From contig DATDWP010000021.1 in assembly GCA_035289625.1 (NCBI GenBank), positions 16,053 to 80,052 on the forward strand: a stretch of 64,000 nt of DNA, written 5' to 3'. The position numbers and the translations under genes were made by a program. Below the pieces are notes generated by a model that worked only from the letters and a program-made list of their open reading frames with translations, was not told the DNA's origin and searched no databases. This stretch comes from an archaeon. Its GTDB lineage: Archaea > Iainarchaeota > Iainarchaeia > Iainarchaeales > Iainarchaeaceae. Below, in pieces: positions 49,059 to 57,989 of the stretch; position 1 is the stretch's first letter, and the number at the start of each line of letters is the position of its first letter.

Positions 49059-49370
49059 ATGCCTAAAATACCGAAGCGAAGGGAAAATGTTACAATAGGA
49101 CTCAAAAATACAAAAACTGGACAGGTATTGGTTGGCTCACGGAATTTACCGCCAGAAAGAGCCCAGAATTTTGAAAGAGGGGCAATAGTCGCAACTGAGT
49201 TTATCACCAATAAAAATCCAAATGTTGTTGGTACAGTAATAAGACAATCAGTTGGAACTTCTGCTGGATATAATTCTGCGTTCGCCAAGGGTTATGGGGA
49301 AATAAAAGGATTTAGCAAAAATACCAACCCACAACAGAAAAAGAAAAAGCGTAGACCAGGGAAGAAATAA
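49059..49370 (+). CDS. Small basic protein with Lys/Arg-rich tail, hypothetical
   Basis: 103 aa ending QQKKKKRRPGKK. A possible nucleic-acid binder by composition only. Confidence 0.3.
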   Translation: MPKIPKRRENVTIGLKNTKTGQVLVGSRNLPPERAQNFERGAIVATEFITNKNPNVVGTVIRQSVGTSAGYNSAFAKGYGEIKGFSKNTNPQQKKKKRRPGKK

Positions 49371-49406
49371 AACACGGTTTAATAATAAAATGCAAGTAAA
49401 GTATAA

Positions 49407-50069
49407 GTGTTAGCAATGAAAGAACTACTAGCAGAACTTATCGGAACATTCATACTCGTTTTTGCAATCACTTCAACAATTGCAGGCACGCTTTCTATTT
49501 CAGCAACTTTTGGCCTACTTAACATTATTGCAATCGCCCTAACTGCAGGTCTTGCCCTTGCAGCAATTGCATACTCATTTGGCCAATTCTCCGGCGGCCA
49601 CTTTAACCCCGCAGTAACAATAGGCCTTTGCGCTGCCGGGAAATTCCCGGCAAAAAGTGTCCCATCATACCTGATTTTCCAATTTTTAGGAGCAATGCTA
49701 GCAAGTATTGCCCTCTTGCTACTAGCTGGGCCCGGGCAGCTTGGGGCAACAACTGCAGGAAACTTTGGACTTGGAGCTGCGCTTGCAGTTGAAACAGTTG
49801 CAACAGCACTTTTTGTAATAATTATTCTCTCGGTTACAAAAAATAAAGAAAACGCAAACCACGCTCCGCTTGCAATCGGATTCTATTTGCTTGTTGCGCA
49901 CCTTTATGCAATCCCATTTTCAGGTGCCTCACTAAACCCCGCGCGCTCATTAGGGCCCGCGCTACTAACTGGCGGGGCTGCACTTTCTGAACTGTGGATT
50001 TATTTTGCAGGGCCAATACTCGGAGCAATAATAGGCGCTTTGATATTCAAGCATCTGCTTGAGAAGTAA
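49407..50069 (+). CDS. aqpM: MIP-family aquaporin/aquaglyceroporin
   Basis: Two NPA boxes (SGGHFNPAVT and SLNPARSLGP), six TM helices, 220 aa. Confidence 0.85.
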   Translation: MLAMKELLAELIGTFILVFAITSTIAGTLSISATFGLLNIIAIALTAGLALAAIAYSFGQFSGGHFNPAVTIGLCAAGKFPAKSVPSYLIFQFLGAMLASIALLLLAGPGQLGATTAGNFGLGAALAVETVATALFVIIILSVTKNKENANHAPLAIGFYLLVAHLYAIPFSGASLNPARSLGPALLTGGAALSELWIYFAGPILGAIIGALIFKHLLEK

Positions 50070-50071
50070 AT

Positions 50072-50974
50072 TCATATTTTTGCGATCCATTTAGGGTTTG
50101 ATTTTCTTTCAAGCTTGTGATAAAAAACTGAATTTAGGAAAATACCTAAAAAAATTAATGCAATAAACACTGTACTCTGCGAAGTAATTGCCGATATCAT
50201 AGAGAGACTAAAAAAACTTGTCTTGTGGATTGAGAGCTGATGCAAAATATACCCATTATTGTAAAAGAAGAGCAAAATTGCAAAAAGAATGACAGGAATA
50301 GATGCAATATAGAAATTAAAAAATACTATCTGCAAACTCGCAGTTGCAATTAATACCACCGAACAGAGCAAAACTGATTTTTTCTCCCCAAGTAAAATTG
50401 GAAGAGTGGAATTTCCAGCACGCTTATCATGAATTATATCTCTTAAATCCCCAATTATTGCCCTTACTGTGTAGAGCATTAATATCATAAGAGAGAGTGC
50501 AACAACTTCAAATACAAATATTTCATTTGAAAAAAAGGTTAATACGTAAAGAAAATAAAATATCTGTATGATTCCTCTTACTAAAGAACTTGCAAGCCCT
50601 AGTAGAGGATTGAACTTCTTTTCCAGATAAATAAAGCAAAAAACTATAGATAGAATTGCAAACAGTGCAGGTAGGACTCCGTTTACTGCGCCTATAATAA
50701 TTCCTATTAGCATGAAAGGCAGTGATGCAAGAAAAGTTATGTTGCCTCTATACGCATATTTCTTCTTTGCCTCAAGTGCAATGTTAAAAAAACACCAAAG
50801 GCTCAAAAGTCCGGAAATGAAAAACAAATCATTTAATTCAAATACGAGATTTTTTGTAACCATGAATTTAGCAAGATAGCCAAGCAGAACTAAATCTACC
50901 CATGAGTAAGGGCGGACATTGAAAAGTAAATGCCGCAGGCTTTTGCCCAAAGAACTGAACTGAAATACCCCCAT
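50072..50974 (-). CDS. UbiA-family prenyltransferase (DGGGP-synthase-like)
   Basis: Polytopic, 300 aa. Asp-rich motif GDLRDIIHDKRAG characteristic of the UbiA superfamily. Confidence 0.55.
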   Translation of the reverse strand: MGVFQFSSLGKSLRHLLFNVRPYSWVDLVLLGYLAKFMVTKNLVFELNDLFFISGLLSLWCFFNIALEAKKKYAYRGNITFLASLPFMLIGIIIGAVNGVLPALFAILSIVFCFIYLEKKFNPLLGLASSLVRGIIQIFYFLYVLTFFSNEIFVFEVVALSLMILMLYTVRAIIGDLRDIIHDKRAGNSTLPILLGEKKSVLLCSVVLIATASLQIVFFNFYIASIPVILFAILLFFYNNGYILHQLSIHKTSFFSLSMISAITSQSTVFIALIFLGIFLNSVFYHKLERKSNPKWIAKI

Positions 50975-51043
50975 AATATCACCAATTAAGGTTTCCTAGT
51001 TAATTTAGGGCATTTTAAAATAATAAAAGTTTTTTACTAAATT

Positions 51044-52147
51044 TTGCTCAAAATGCAAATATTTATATTATTATTTTCATATATTCTAACTATGGCAATT
51101 GAAGACCTCGACTTACAAGACCGCAAGATTCTATTTGAGCTTGACAAAAACAGTAGAATTACATTCAAAGAACTCGGAAAAAAACTTCACATTTCAAAAG
51201 AAACCGCATCTTTTAGGGTAAAGAGGCTTGCAAATGAAGGATACATCAAGAACTTCATCACAACAATTAATGTATCAAAACTCAACAGGTTCTACTACAA
51301 AATGTTCTACAAGTTCCACAAAACAACACCTGCAATAGATTTGGAAATAATAACATTCGTGCAAAACTACCGAGCAGTTGCCTACTTTGCAGGCCTTGAA
51401 GGAAGGTATGACATCACTTTTCTTCTCCTCTCAAAAAATTTCAGTGACCTCTATAAATTCCTTGTCCCATTCCGGGAAAGGTTTGGGGAATATATCTTAG
51501 AACAGGAAATTCTCACGCTCACCTCTACCCATAGATTCAACTTCAGGTTCTTTTTTGAACGGGAAACAGAACTAGTGCATACAAAATATCCAGAAGAGCT
51601 AAAAGAACCAGATATTGATCAAATAGATTACCAGATCCTTGCAAACCTTGCGAAAAACTCCCGCATCCCATTAATAGAACTTGCAAAAATCACAAAAACC
51701 GAGACAAATGTAGTAAAATACAGAATCAAAAAACTGCTCAAGGAAGGGATTATAGGCACGAATGTCCTTGACGTGAATTTTGAAAAATTCAAAATCCAGC
51801 AAATACAAGTGGATTTTACGCTAAAGGATCATTCAGTCACCAGCAAACTCATTGATTTTGTCGCCCAAAACCCAAAATCAACATTTGCGACAATCACTTT
51901 GGGAAAATACGATCTTGCAGTTGAATTTGTTGTCCAGGGCACTAAAGAGCTGCGCAAAATACTAAGTGAAATAAAGGAAAAATTTTCCCAAGACATCATT
52001 AACCATGACATTTTCATAATGGAAGAGCACATTGTCAACTGGTTCCCATATAAGCCGGAAAAAAGCTTCTTCGACCTCAAGCCATTTAAAGGGAAGGACA
52101 AAGATGCAAGCTCTACAGTAGATGAAATAGTATATGGCGGAAAATAA
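51044..52147 (+). CDS. Transcriptional regulator with two tandem Lrp/AsnC-type HTH-RAM modules
   Basis: DLDLQDRKILFELDKNSRITFKELGKKLHISKETASFRVKRLANEGYI and IDQIDYQILANLAKNSRIPLIELAKITKTETNVVKYRIKKLLKEGII. 367 aa. Confidence 0.6.
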   Translation: MLKMQIFILLFSYILTMAIEDLDLQDRKILFELDKNSRITFKELGKKLHISKETASFRVKRLANEGYIKNFITTINVSKLNRFYYKMFYKFHKTTPAIDLEIITFVQNYRAVAYFAGLEGRYDITFLLLSKNFSDLYKFLVPFRERFGEYILEQEILTLTSTHRFNFRFFFERETELVHTKYPEELKEPDIDQIDYQILANLAKNSRIPLIELAKITKTETNVVKYRIKKLLKEGIIGTNVLDVNFEKFKIQQIQVDFTLKDHSVTSKLIDFVAQNPKSTFATITLGKYDLAVEFVVQGTKELRKILSEIKEKFSQDIINHDIFIMEEHIVNWFPYKPEKSFFDLKPFKGKDKDASSTVDEIVYGGK

Positions 52148-52167
52148 CCAGCCGACAGATATCTATC

Positions 52168-53070
52168 TTAAACTGACAAGTGCTTCCTTGCAAGTTCAAT
52201 CTCTTTCTTCCCGCCTAAATACAGAGGAGTTCTTTGCGCGAGCGATTGCGGTTTTATATCATGCAGAGCAATAGCTCCGTTTGAACCGGCACCCCCTGCT
52301 TCTTTTGCAATGAGTGCCATTGGGTTTGCTTCAAAAATAAGCCGCAGTTTTCCCTCTGCAGAAGATTTTAGAGCAGGATAGCAAAATATTCCGCCATAGG
52401 AGAGGATTTGCGAAAAATCCGGAACAAACCCACCGGAAAATCTTAACTTATAATTTTGCGATTCCAAATCTTCAATAAATTTTTTATGCCCCTCGATCCA
52501 ATCGCTGCGAATCCCGCCGGGACAATAAATTTTTCCTTGCGGAATTTGGATATTTTCTTTTTTTAGAACAAAATTCCCGGCAGAATTCATAACAAATTCA
52601 TGTACTCCGCTCTTTGCAGTGTAGACTAGCGAAGTAAGAGGCCCATATACAATATACATTGCCCCGTCCATTTTTGAGCCCTTCTCCATTACATCCCCTT
52701 CATTAAAAAAGCCCGCAATTGTGCCCACTGCAAGATTGGTTTTTATAAGAGAACTGCCATCAAGCGGATCGAGGGTAACTCCAAAAGAGCCCTTTGCTTT
52801 TACAATTTCAATTATATCATCCTGCTCTTCAGAAGCAACAGTTCTAACAAGCCCAGATTTTTCCATAGCAGTTAGAAAGGTAGAGTCGGCAAACTTGTCA
52901 AGTTCCATTTGCTGCTCACCATGGATATTTTTGGTTGAGGCAACCCCGCTATGAGTAAAAAATGCCTTCTGCACGTTCCTACTCTTTTTTGCAATAAGCA
53001 GCATTATTTTTGCAAGCCCCCTATCTACCCCATTTTGCTTCAAATGCTGTTCAAAACGCATAAAACCCAA
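52168..53070 (-). CDS. fbp: Fructose-1,6-bisphosphatase class I
   Basis: GEQQMELDKFA, DPLDGSS and GKLRLIFEANPMALIAKEAGG correspond to the GEVQQKLDLFA, DPLDGSS and [21 protein letters not shown] motifs of class I FBPases. Confidence 0.75.
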   Translation of the reverse strand: MGFMRFEQHLKQNGVDRGLAKIMLLIAKKSRNVQKAFFTHSGVASTKNIHGEQQMELDKFADSTFLTAMEKSGLVRTVASEEQDDIIEIVKAKGSFGVTLDPLDGSSLIKTNLAVGTIAGFFNEGDVMEKGSKMDGAMYIVYGPLTSLVYTAKSGVHEFVMNSAGNFVLKKENIQIPQGKIYCPGGIRSDWIEGHKKFIEDLESQNYKLRFSGGFVPDFSQILSYGGIFCYPALKSSAEGKLRLIFEANPMALIAKEAGGAGSNGAIALHDIKPQSLAQRTPLYLGGKKEIELARKHLSV

Positions 53071-53122
53071 ATATTAGGAGCACCATAAACTAATAAAAAA
53101 AGAGGCTTGTTTCTATTCTCCT

Positions 53123-54157
53123 ATGGCCAAGCGAAAACCAAAGGTACTTATTATAGGGACTGGCGGAGCAATAAGTGCCAAAAAGGTCGATGGGAGATGG
53201 AAATATGGGGAAATTAGCGCAGAAGAGCTCATAAAAAACATACCCCAAATCCAAAAAGAATACGAACTAGAAATCACCCACCTCTTCCGAATGGATAGCT
53301 CAGATATCCAGCCCGAGCAGTGGCTAACCCTTGCAAACTTCATATACTACCGCCTGAAAAACTACGATGGAGTTGTTGTCACAATGGGCACTGATACCCT
53401 CGCTTATGCTGCAACTGCAATATCATTTCTCATACAAAACCTCCCAAAACCAATAGTATTCACAGGTTCAAAAACCGACCCACTAGAACTTAACACAGAT
53501 TCTTATGCAAATTTGCGCCAGGCAATAATGGTTGCAGCACAGGCTAATATTGCAGAAACAGTGATTGTATTTGACGGGAAAATAATGCTTGCAACAAGGG
53601 CAAAAAAAATTAACGCATCCGAATACGGGACATTTGCAAGCTTTGGGGCGCCTGAAATCGGCAAAATACAGCAGCTGATTAGCCTTAGCGGGAAATACAA
53701 AAAAAGATCAAAAGTTTCACCACAGCTCCACCAGAGCCTTGAAACAAAAGTTGCGATATTAAAAGTCTATCCGGGGTTTGATGGGAACCGCATAAAACAT
53801 CTTGTCGATTACGGCGCGCGCGGCATAATTCTTGAAGGCTATGGCCTTGGAAACCTCCCTCTACTTAACAGTAAAGTACAGGAAGGACTCGAATATGCAA
53901 ATGAAAAAAAAGTGCCTGTTGCAATAGCAAGCGACTGCTCCCTTGGAGAGTATTGGAATTCTATTTATGAAACCGAAATAGGGAAAAGGCTAACCGGCCT
54001 TCATGTAATACCACTCTATGACATGATCACGGAAACAGCATATGTGAAAATGATGTGGGTAATGGGACAAACAGAGGATATGAAAAAAGTGCGTGAGATG
54101 ATGCAAAAGAACTACTCACACGAAATCACTGTCCCTAAAAAAAATGGCGGCAAATAA
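53123..54157 (+). CDS. L-asparaginase type I-fold protein (AnsA-like paralogue immediately upstream of gatD)
   Basis: KVLIIGTGGAIS (TGGTIA-type), GVVVTMGTDTLAYAA. 344 aa, lacks the GatD N-terminal domain. Confidence 0.65.
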   Translation: MAKRKPKVLIIGTGGAISAKKVDGRWKYGEISAEELIKNIPQIQKEYELEITHLFRMDSSDIQPEQWLTLANFIYYRLKNYDGVVVTMGTDTLAYAATAISFLIQNLPKPIVFTGSKTDPLELNTDSYANLRQAIMVAAQANIAETVIVFDGKIMLATRAKKINASEYGTFASFGAPEIGKIQQLISLSGKYKKRSKVSPQLHQSLETKVAILKVYPGFDGNRIKHLVDYGARGIILEGYGLGNLPLLNSKVQEGLEYANEKKVPVAIASDCSLGEYWNSIYETEIGKRLTGLHVIPLYDMITETAYVKMMWVMGQTEDMKKVREMMQKNYSHEITVPKKNGGK

Positions 54158-55478
54158 AATGGACGCAGAAAAATTCACCAAAAAAAACAAGCTCTTAGCC
54201 GGCCGGGGAATAAAAGTAACAAAAAACAATGAGCATTATAGCGGAATACTGCTTCCTTCCCCGGAAAACTCGGAAAATTTACACCTAAAGCTCTCTTCAG
54301 GATATAATATTGGCGTAAAAATTGAGGGGAAAATAAAAATCGAAAAATTACCGGAAAGCAAAAAAATCGGAAAAGCGCAAAAAAAAGAAATTTCGCAAAA
54401 TAACTCTCTTCCAAAAATTTCAATACTTCACACCGGCGGCACAATTGCAACGCGCGTTGACTACCGCACAGGAGCAGCATTTTCCTCATTTGACCCGCAG
54501 GATCTTCTTTCAATGTTTCCGGAACTCTCCCAAATAGGGAATTTTTCTTCAAAACTCCTTGCCAATATGTGGAGTGATGACCTGCGCTTTGAGCACATAG
54601 CCCTAATTGCAAAGGAAGTCAAGAACGCACATGAAAAAGGAGCAAGTGGAATAATTATCGGAATGGGAACTGACAATTTAGCAGTAGGATCAGCTGCTCT
54701 TGCATTTACGCTAGAAGAGTGCCCAATACCTGTAATATTTGTAGGAGCACAAAGAAGTTCAGATAGGCCAAGTTCAGATGCTGGAATGAACCTAATATGC
54801 GCAGCCAAATTCATTGCAAAAACCGATTTTGCAGGGGTTGCAATCTGCATGCACAATTCAAGTTCAGATGATAAATGCGCAATACTGCCCGCTTGCAAAA
54901 CCCGCAAGATGCACTCTTCGGAGCGCGGCGCGTTCAAGGCAATAAATGACATCCCCATTGCACTTGTTGACTTTTCGGTCGAGAAAATTGAATTTTTGAA
55001 AAAGGATTATTCGCGCAGAAGCGAGCAGAAAATTATTCTAAAGCCAAAATTTGAAAATAAAGTGGCACTTTTCAAAATCCATATCAATATGCACCCCGAC
55101 CAATTTGAATTCTATTCAAAAAACAAATACAAAGGGGTGGTAATTGAAGGCACAGGGCTTGGCCACACTCCCGGGCATAACCCAAACCAATTTACAAAAA
55201 TACACGAAAAGTTCTTCCCGGCGCTAAAAAAACTCATTTCTTCAGGATGCACTGTTGTAATGACTACAAATACAATCCACGGAAGAGTGCAGATGCATGT
55301 ATATGATAAGGGAGCCGACTTAACAAAATTAGGGGTAATCTCAGGCGAGGATATGCTCCCAGAAACTGCATTTGTAAAACTTTCATGGCTTTTAGGAAAT
55401 TACAAACCTGCAGAGGCCAAAGAACTTATCGGGAAGAATTTGCGCGGGGAAATAAGCGAATTTACCAAGTATACCTAG
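54144..55478 (+). CDS. gatD: Glutamyl-tRNA(Gln) amidotransferase subunit D
   Basis: GatD-specific N-terminal domain (YSGILLPSPE...LKLSSGYNIGVKI) plus asparaginase core (ILHTGGTIATRVDY, GMGTDNLA). 444 aa. Overlaps the upstream gene by 14 nt. Confidence 0.75.
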   Translation: MAANKMDAEKFTKKNKLLAGRGIKVTKNNEHYSGILLPSPENSENLHLKLSSGYNIGVKIEGKIKIEKLPESKKIGKAQKKEISQNNSLPKISILHTGGTIATRVDYRTGAAFSSFDPQDLLSMFPELSQIGNFSSKLLANMWSDDLRFEHIALIAKEVKNAHEKGASGIIIGMGTDNLAVGSAALAFTLEECPIPVIFVGAQRSSDRPSSDAGMNLICAAKFIAKTDFAGVAICMHNSSSDDKCAILPACKTRKMHSSERGAFKAINDIPIALVDFSVEKIEFLKKDYSRRSEQKIILKPKFENKVALFKIHINMHPDQFEFYSKNKYKGVVIEGTGLGHTPGHNPNQFTKIHEKFFPALKKLISSGCTVVMTTNTIHGRVQMHVYDKGADLTKLGVISGEDMLPETAFVKLSWLLGNYKPAEAKELIGKNLRGEISEFTKYT

Positions 55479-55530
55479 CAACTCTGAAACTGACAGATCA
55501 GTTTTTATACCTCAAAAACACACTTGATTC

Positions 55531-55977
55531 ATGCCTCATACCTGGGAAGAAGTTTACAACCCAAGCAAAGAAACCATCGAAAGAATATTAGCAAGAGCTG
55601 AAAAACTCGGGATACCAAAAAGAAAATTTCCGCAAGTCAGAAGATTTATTGAATTGAGTTTGGGAAGGGAAGAGATTGCAGAATCAGGATATGGAAAACA
55701 CACTGACAAAAGAGCGGCAGTTTATGAAACGTTGCGTAAAATTACACATGGCGAAATGAGAAAAATTGCCGTTTTGAATAAGCTTTCAAGAGCGCTTCAA
55801 CTGCCTATAATGGAGCAAGGCAAAACTTACAAAATAACAGGACTTTTGGTAACCAACGGATGGATAGGCGATTATAGAGGGTTACTCAGATATGCCAGCG
55901 GGGAAATGGAAAGGCGCGCTAGAAAATACAAAAAAAGCCCATCTCTGTTTGTAATGAAGAAAAAATTTACCCGATGA
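55531..55977 (+). CDS. Hypothetical protein (148 aa)
   Basis: Open frame downstream of gatD. No motif recognised. Confidence 0.35.
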   Translation: MPHTWEEVYNPSKETIERILARAEKLGIPKRKFPQVRRFIELSLGREEIAESGYGKHTDKRAAVYETLRKITHGEMRKIAVLNKLSRALQLPIMEQGKTYKITGLLVTNGWIGDYRGLLRYASGEMERRARKYKKSPSLFVMKKKFTR

Positions 55978-55985
55978 AAATAAAT

Positions 55986-57074
55986 TTACCTCTGCTCTGT
56001 CACTTCCCCGGCATAGTTTGTGCTCATTGCTTTTCTGAAATCCTCAATTGTTGAACAAATACCATTTCCGATAAGCCAACGCACTTTCACATCCACTGCA
56101 ACATCAGTGTGGTCATAGCAGGGAATCGCGCCTGCTTTTACAGCTTCAAACCCTGTTTCATAATGCATAGCCAGTGCATTGCCACCGGTAAATTTTGTTG
56201 TGATAAAGAGCGGAGTCATATATTCATGCGCAGCTTGTTTTATTGTAGGGATAAGACTGAATTCGCCTTCATTGCATACATTTCCCTCTCCAAGTGATTT
56301 GAGTATCATTGCTGAAACGCCGCCGCCAGTAATAAACCCGAGCAACAAACTCGGCTCAATCCCTGGAGATAATTCAAAGCTCACAACTCCCCTTCCAAAT
56401 TTTGGCGCAATGGAAACACCGCCAGATTGGCTCTTCTTTTTCAAAAGCAACATATTAAGGTGCACACCGGATGCATCAATTACACCCACATTTGGAAAAG
56501 CCGGAGAATGAAATGCATCAAAATCTTTCTCGCTTCTTTTTAAGGCTCGGCATCCCAACATCACCCTATCCCAGAAATTAATCATTACATCTGCAACCTC
56601 GTTTTTTATCCCGGATTCGAGCGTTCTGAAAAGATTCTCAAGATTAAACCGCCCATCTCCACCCTCCTGATAAATCGGGGTTTGAGAACCGGTTATACAA
56701 ACAGGTATTTTGAGCCAACTCTTTTTTAGTTCGCGACCATTTAACGAATATGCAAGAGCAGTTGCAGTGTATGCCATTGTATCGGTTCCGTGGGCAATTC
56801 CTACCCCATCAAACCCTTCGTCATCCTGGGCTTTTTTGATGCGGAAAATCAATTTTTCCCAATCATTAGGAGTCATATTAGTACTATCTTTAGCAGTGAC
56901 TATTTCGAACTTCACATCAAGCCTATTTGAAAATTTCTCTAAAATTGGATTGCATGCCTCCTCAAAAACTTTTGAATCTTTAGGAGGTATTAGTACAATT
57001 TCTTCGCCCCTTTTTTCAGGTATTTGACCAATAGTGCCACCGTTGTATAGGAATAGCACTTTTTTCTTTGCCAT
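55986..57074 (-). CDS. Third L-asparaginase-fold paralogue
   Basis: KKVLFLYNGGTIGQ and GIAHGTDTMAYTA. The start is taken at MAKKK (57074); the ORF track extends to 57119. Confidence 0.6.
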   Translation of the reverse strand: MAKKKVLFLYNGGTIGQIPEKRGEEIVLIPPKDSKVFEEACNPILEKFSNRLDVKFEIVTAKDSTNMTPNDWEKLIFRIKKAQDDEGFDGVGIAHGTDTMAYTATALAYSLNGRELKKSWLKIPVCITGSQTPIYQEGGDGRFNLENLFRTLESGIKNEVADVMINFWDRVMLGCRALKRSEKDFDAFHSPAFPNVGVIDASGVHLNMLLLKKKSQSGGVSIAPKFGRGVVSFELSPGIEPSLLLGFITGGGVSAMILKSLGEGNVCNEGEFSLIPTIKQAAHEYMTPLFITTKFTGGNALAMHYETGFEAVKAGAIPCYDHTDVAVDVKVRWLIGNGICSTIEDFRKAMSTNYAGEVTEQR

Positions 57075-57254
57075 AACAAAACCACAAAACTCTTCTCTGT
57101 CCCCTAAATTGAAAAGCATAATATAGTGGCCAGTTGATCAATATAACCTTATTCCATTTTTAACCGTAAATAATTCAATATAATTATAAAAATACTCTAA
57201 AAATGGAATATTTCCCCATATTATTTAATAAATGATGAATATTATAAGGCGTAC

Positions 57255-57707
57255 ATGGACCAACCTAAAATAGATCCAAAAGACAGAGAAATAATCAATC
57301 AACTTATTAGCAACAGCAGGCAAACAGTTGGCCAGCTTGGCAAAAAAATCGGCATGCCGCCCACTACAATCCACAACAGGATAAAAAAGCTCGAACACGA
57401 AGGGATAATTCGCAACTACACAGCAGATATTGACTACAAAAAACTCGGAAGGCCGGTGATGGCATTTGTGGGAATTACTGTAAACTATAATGTTGAGGGC
57501 AAGAAAATCAAGCAGCAGGAAATTGCGCGGCAAATAAAAAAACTCGAAGGCGTGCGCGAAGTGACCATACTAACAGGCGGGCTTGACATAATCGTAAAAG
57601 TTATGGCAATCGACATTGACGATCTAAATGAACTTGTCACAGAAAAACTGCGCGACATCGATGGCGTTGACAAAACGCAGACAATGATTGTACTCACGCA
57701 GGTATGA
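57255..57707 (+). CDS. lrp: Lrp/AsnC-family transcriptional regulator
   Basis: DREIINQLISNSRQTVGQLGKKIGMPPTTIHNRIKKLEHEGII plus a RAM domain. 150 aa. Confidence 0.75.
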   Translation: MDQPKIDPKDREIINQLISNSRQTVGQLGKKIGMPPTTIHNRIKKLEHEGIIRNYTADIDYKKLGRPVMAFVGITVNYNVEGKKIKQQEIARQIKKLEGVREVTILTGGLDIIVKVMAIDIDDLNELVTEKLRDIDGVDKTQTMIVLTQV

Positions 57708-57743
57708 GAAAACTTTAAATAAGACAAATGTCTCATTAGTGCA

Positions 57744-57947
57744 ATGGCCCTCAAAGCTGACAAACAAGAAAAAGTAATACAAGCCCTCAAAAGCGCCCCG
57801 CATGGAATGTGGGTTCGCGAAATTGCAAGAAAAAGCGGCATTGATAAGAGCACATGCTCGCGCTATCTTGAGAAGATGGGTAGTGAAGTAGAATTTGAGT
57901 TCTGGGGCCGCAACAAAATCTTCCGGCTAAAAAACCTAAACAGCTAA
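57744..57947 (+). CDS. Small winged-helix DNA-binding protein (67 aa), hypothetical
   Basis: VIQALKSAPHGMWVREIARKSGIDKSTCSRYLEKM is HTH-like. Confidence 0.4.
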   Translation: MALKADKQEKVIQALKSAPHGMWVREIARKSGIDKSTCSRYLEKMGSEVEFEFWGRNKIFRLKNLNS

Positions 57948-57989
57948 GTTTTAAATCAGTTCAATTATGCACTATTAGAGTGATAGTAA

